Below the pieces are notes generated by a model, which saw nothing but the letters and a program-made list of their open reading frames with translations, did no database searches and was not told the origin of the DNA. A DNA stretch of 56,705 nucleotides, taken from a virus. Its lineage: Duplodnaviria > Caudoviricetes. The translations under genes were made by a program, and so were the position numbers. Location of the stretch: IMG/VR virus record IMGVR_UViG_3300035162_003548, positions 1 to 56,705 of that record. One strand, 5' to 3'. Below are positions 56,580 to 56,705 of this stretch, piece by piece. How positions within the stretch are numbered: position 1 is the first letter of the stretch; each line of letters starts with the position of its first letter.

Positions 56580-56705
56580 TTAGTTGTTAGATAGTGCTCG
56601 GAGTTCATCAAGGCACATCTTGAAGATATCTGGTTCGTCCATATCTTGCAAATCTTCTAAAGTCATATCCCCAGACATCGAATCACAAATAACTTGTGTT
56701 GCTTG
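56580..56705 (-). CDS. 3' end of an acidic hypothetical protein, start lies outside the window
   Basis: Open frame QATQVICDSMSGDMTLEDLQDMDEPDIFKMCLDELRALSNN* with stop at 56580-56582. Confidence 0.55.
   Translation of the reverse strand, partial: QATQVICDSMSGDMTLEDLQDMDEPDIFKMCLDELRALSNN

Noticed and set aside
1-56705. tRNA genes, CRISPR arrays, introns or inteins in gp17, gp20, gp23, gp46 and uvsW
   Set aside because: No cloverleaf or repeat-spacer pattern noticed in the short intergenic gaps; core genes are uninterrupted and of ordinary length. A tRNAscan/Infernal run would be needed to exclude them formally.

Overview
About 57 kb of a T4-like myovirus genome, most consistent with a marine cyanophage (Kyanoviridae-like). 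Host assignment is inferred from gene order, a DUF3110-like gene and an NblA-like gene; no photosystem genes lie in the window. Essentially all real genes are on the minus strand. In transcription order: an early/accessory block (glycosyltransferase, small basic peptide, SET-domain protein, hypotheticals); the baseplate (gp25, gp6, 4336-aa gp7, gp8, 2609-aa DUF4815/VrlC-like protein); neck and tail genes gp13-gp15; gp16, a three-gene insert, gp17; gp18-gp23; gp3, uvsY, uvsW, gp55, gp47, an EndoVII/HNH endonuclease and gp46; then an epimerase and a truncated sulfotransferase. Six ORFs missing from the track were read by hand. The most notable signals are: (1) a likely protease-processed polyprotein of small basic modules, plus micro-genes carrying T4-type capsid-targeting sequences; (2) a vSET-sized SET methyltransferase translationally coupled to a histone-tail-like peptide; (3) a perfect-consensus sigma70 promoter pointing antisense into the uvsW operon, back-to-back with the gp55 promoter; (4) an NblA-like gene among structural genes; (5) a promoter-driven structured non-coding stretch at the right end. 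All family assignments come from motif recognition by eye, not database searches.
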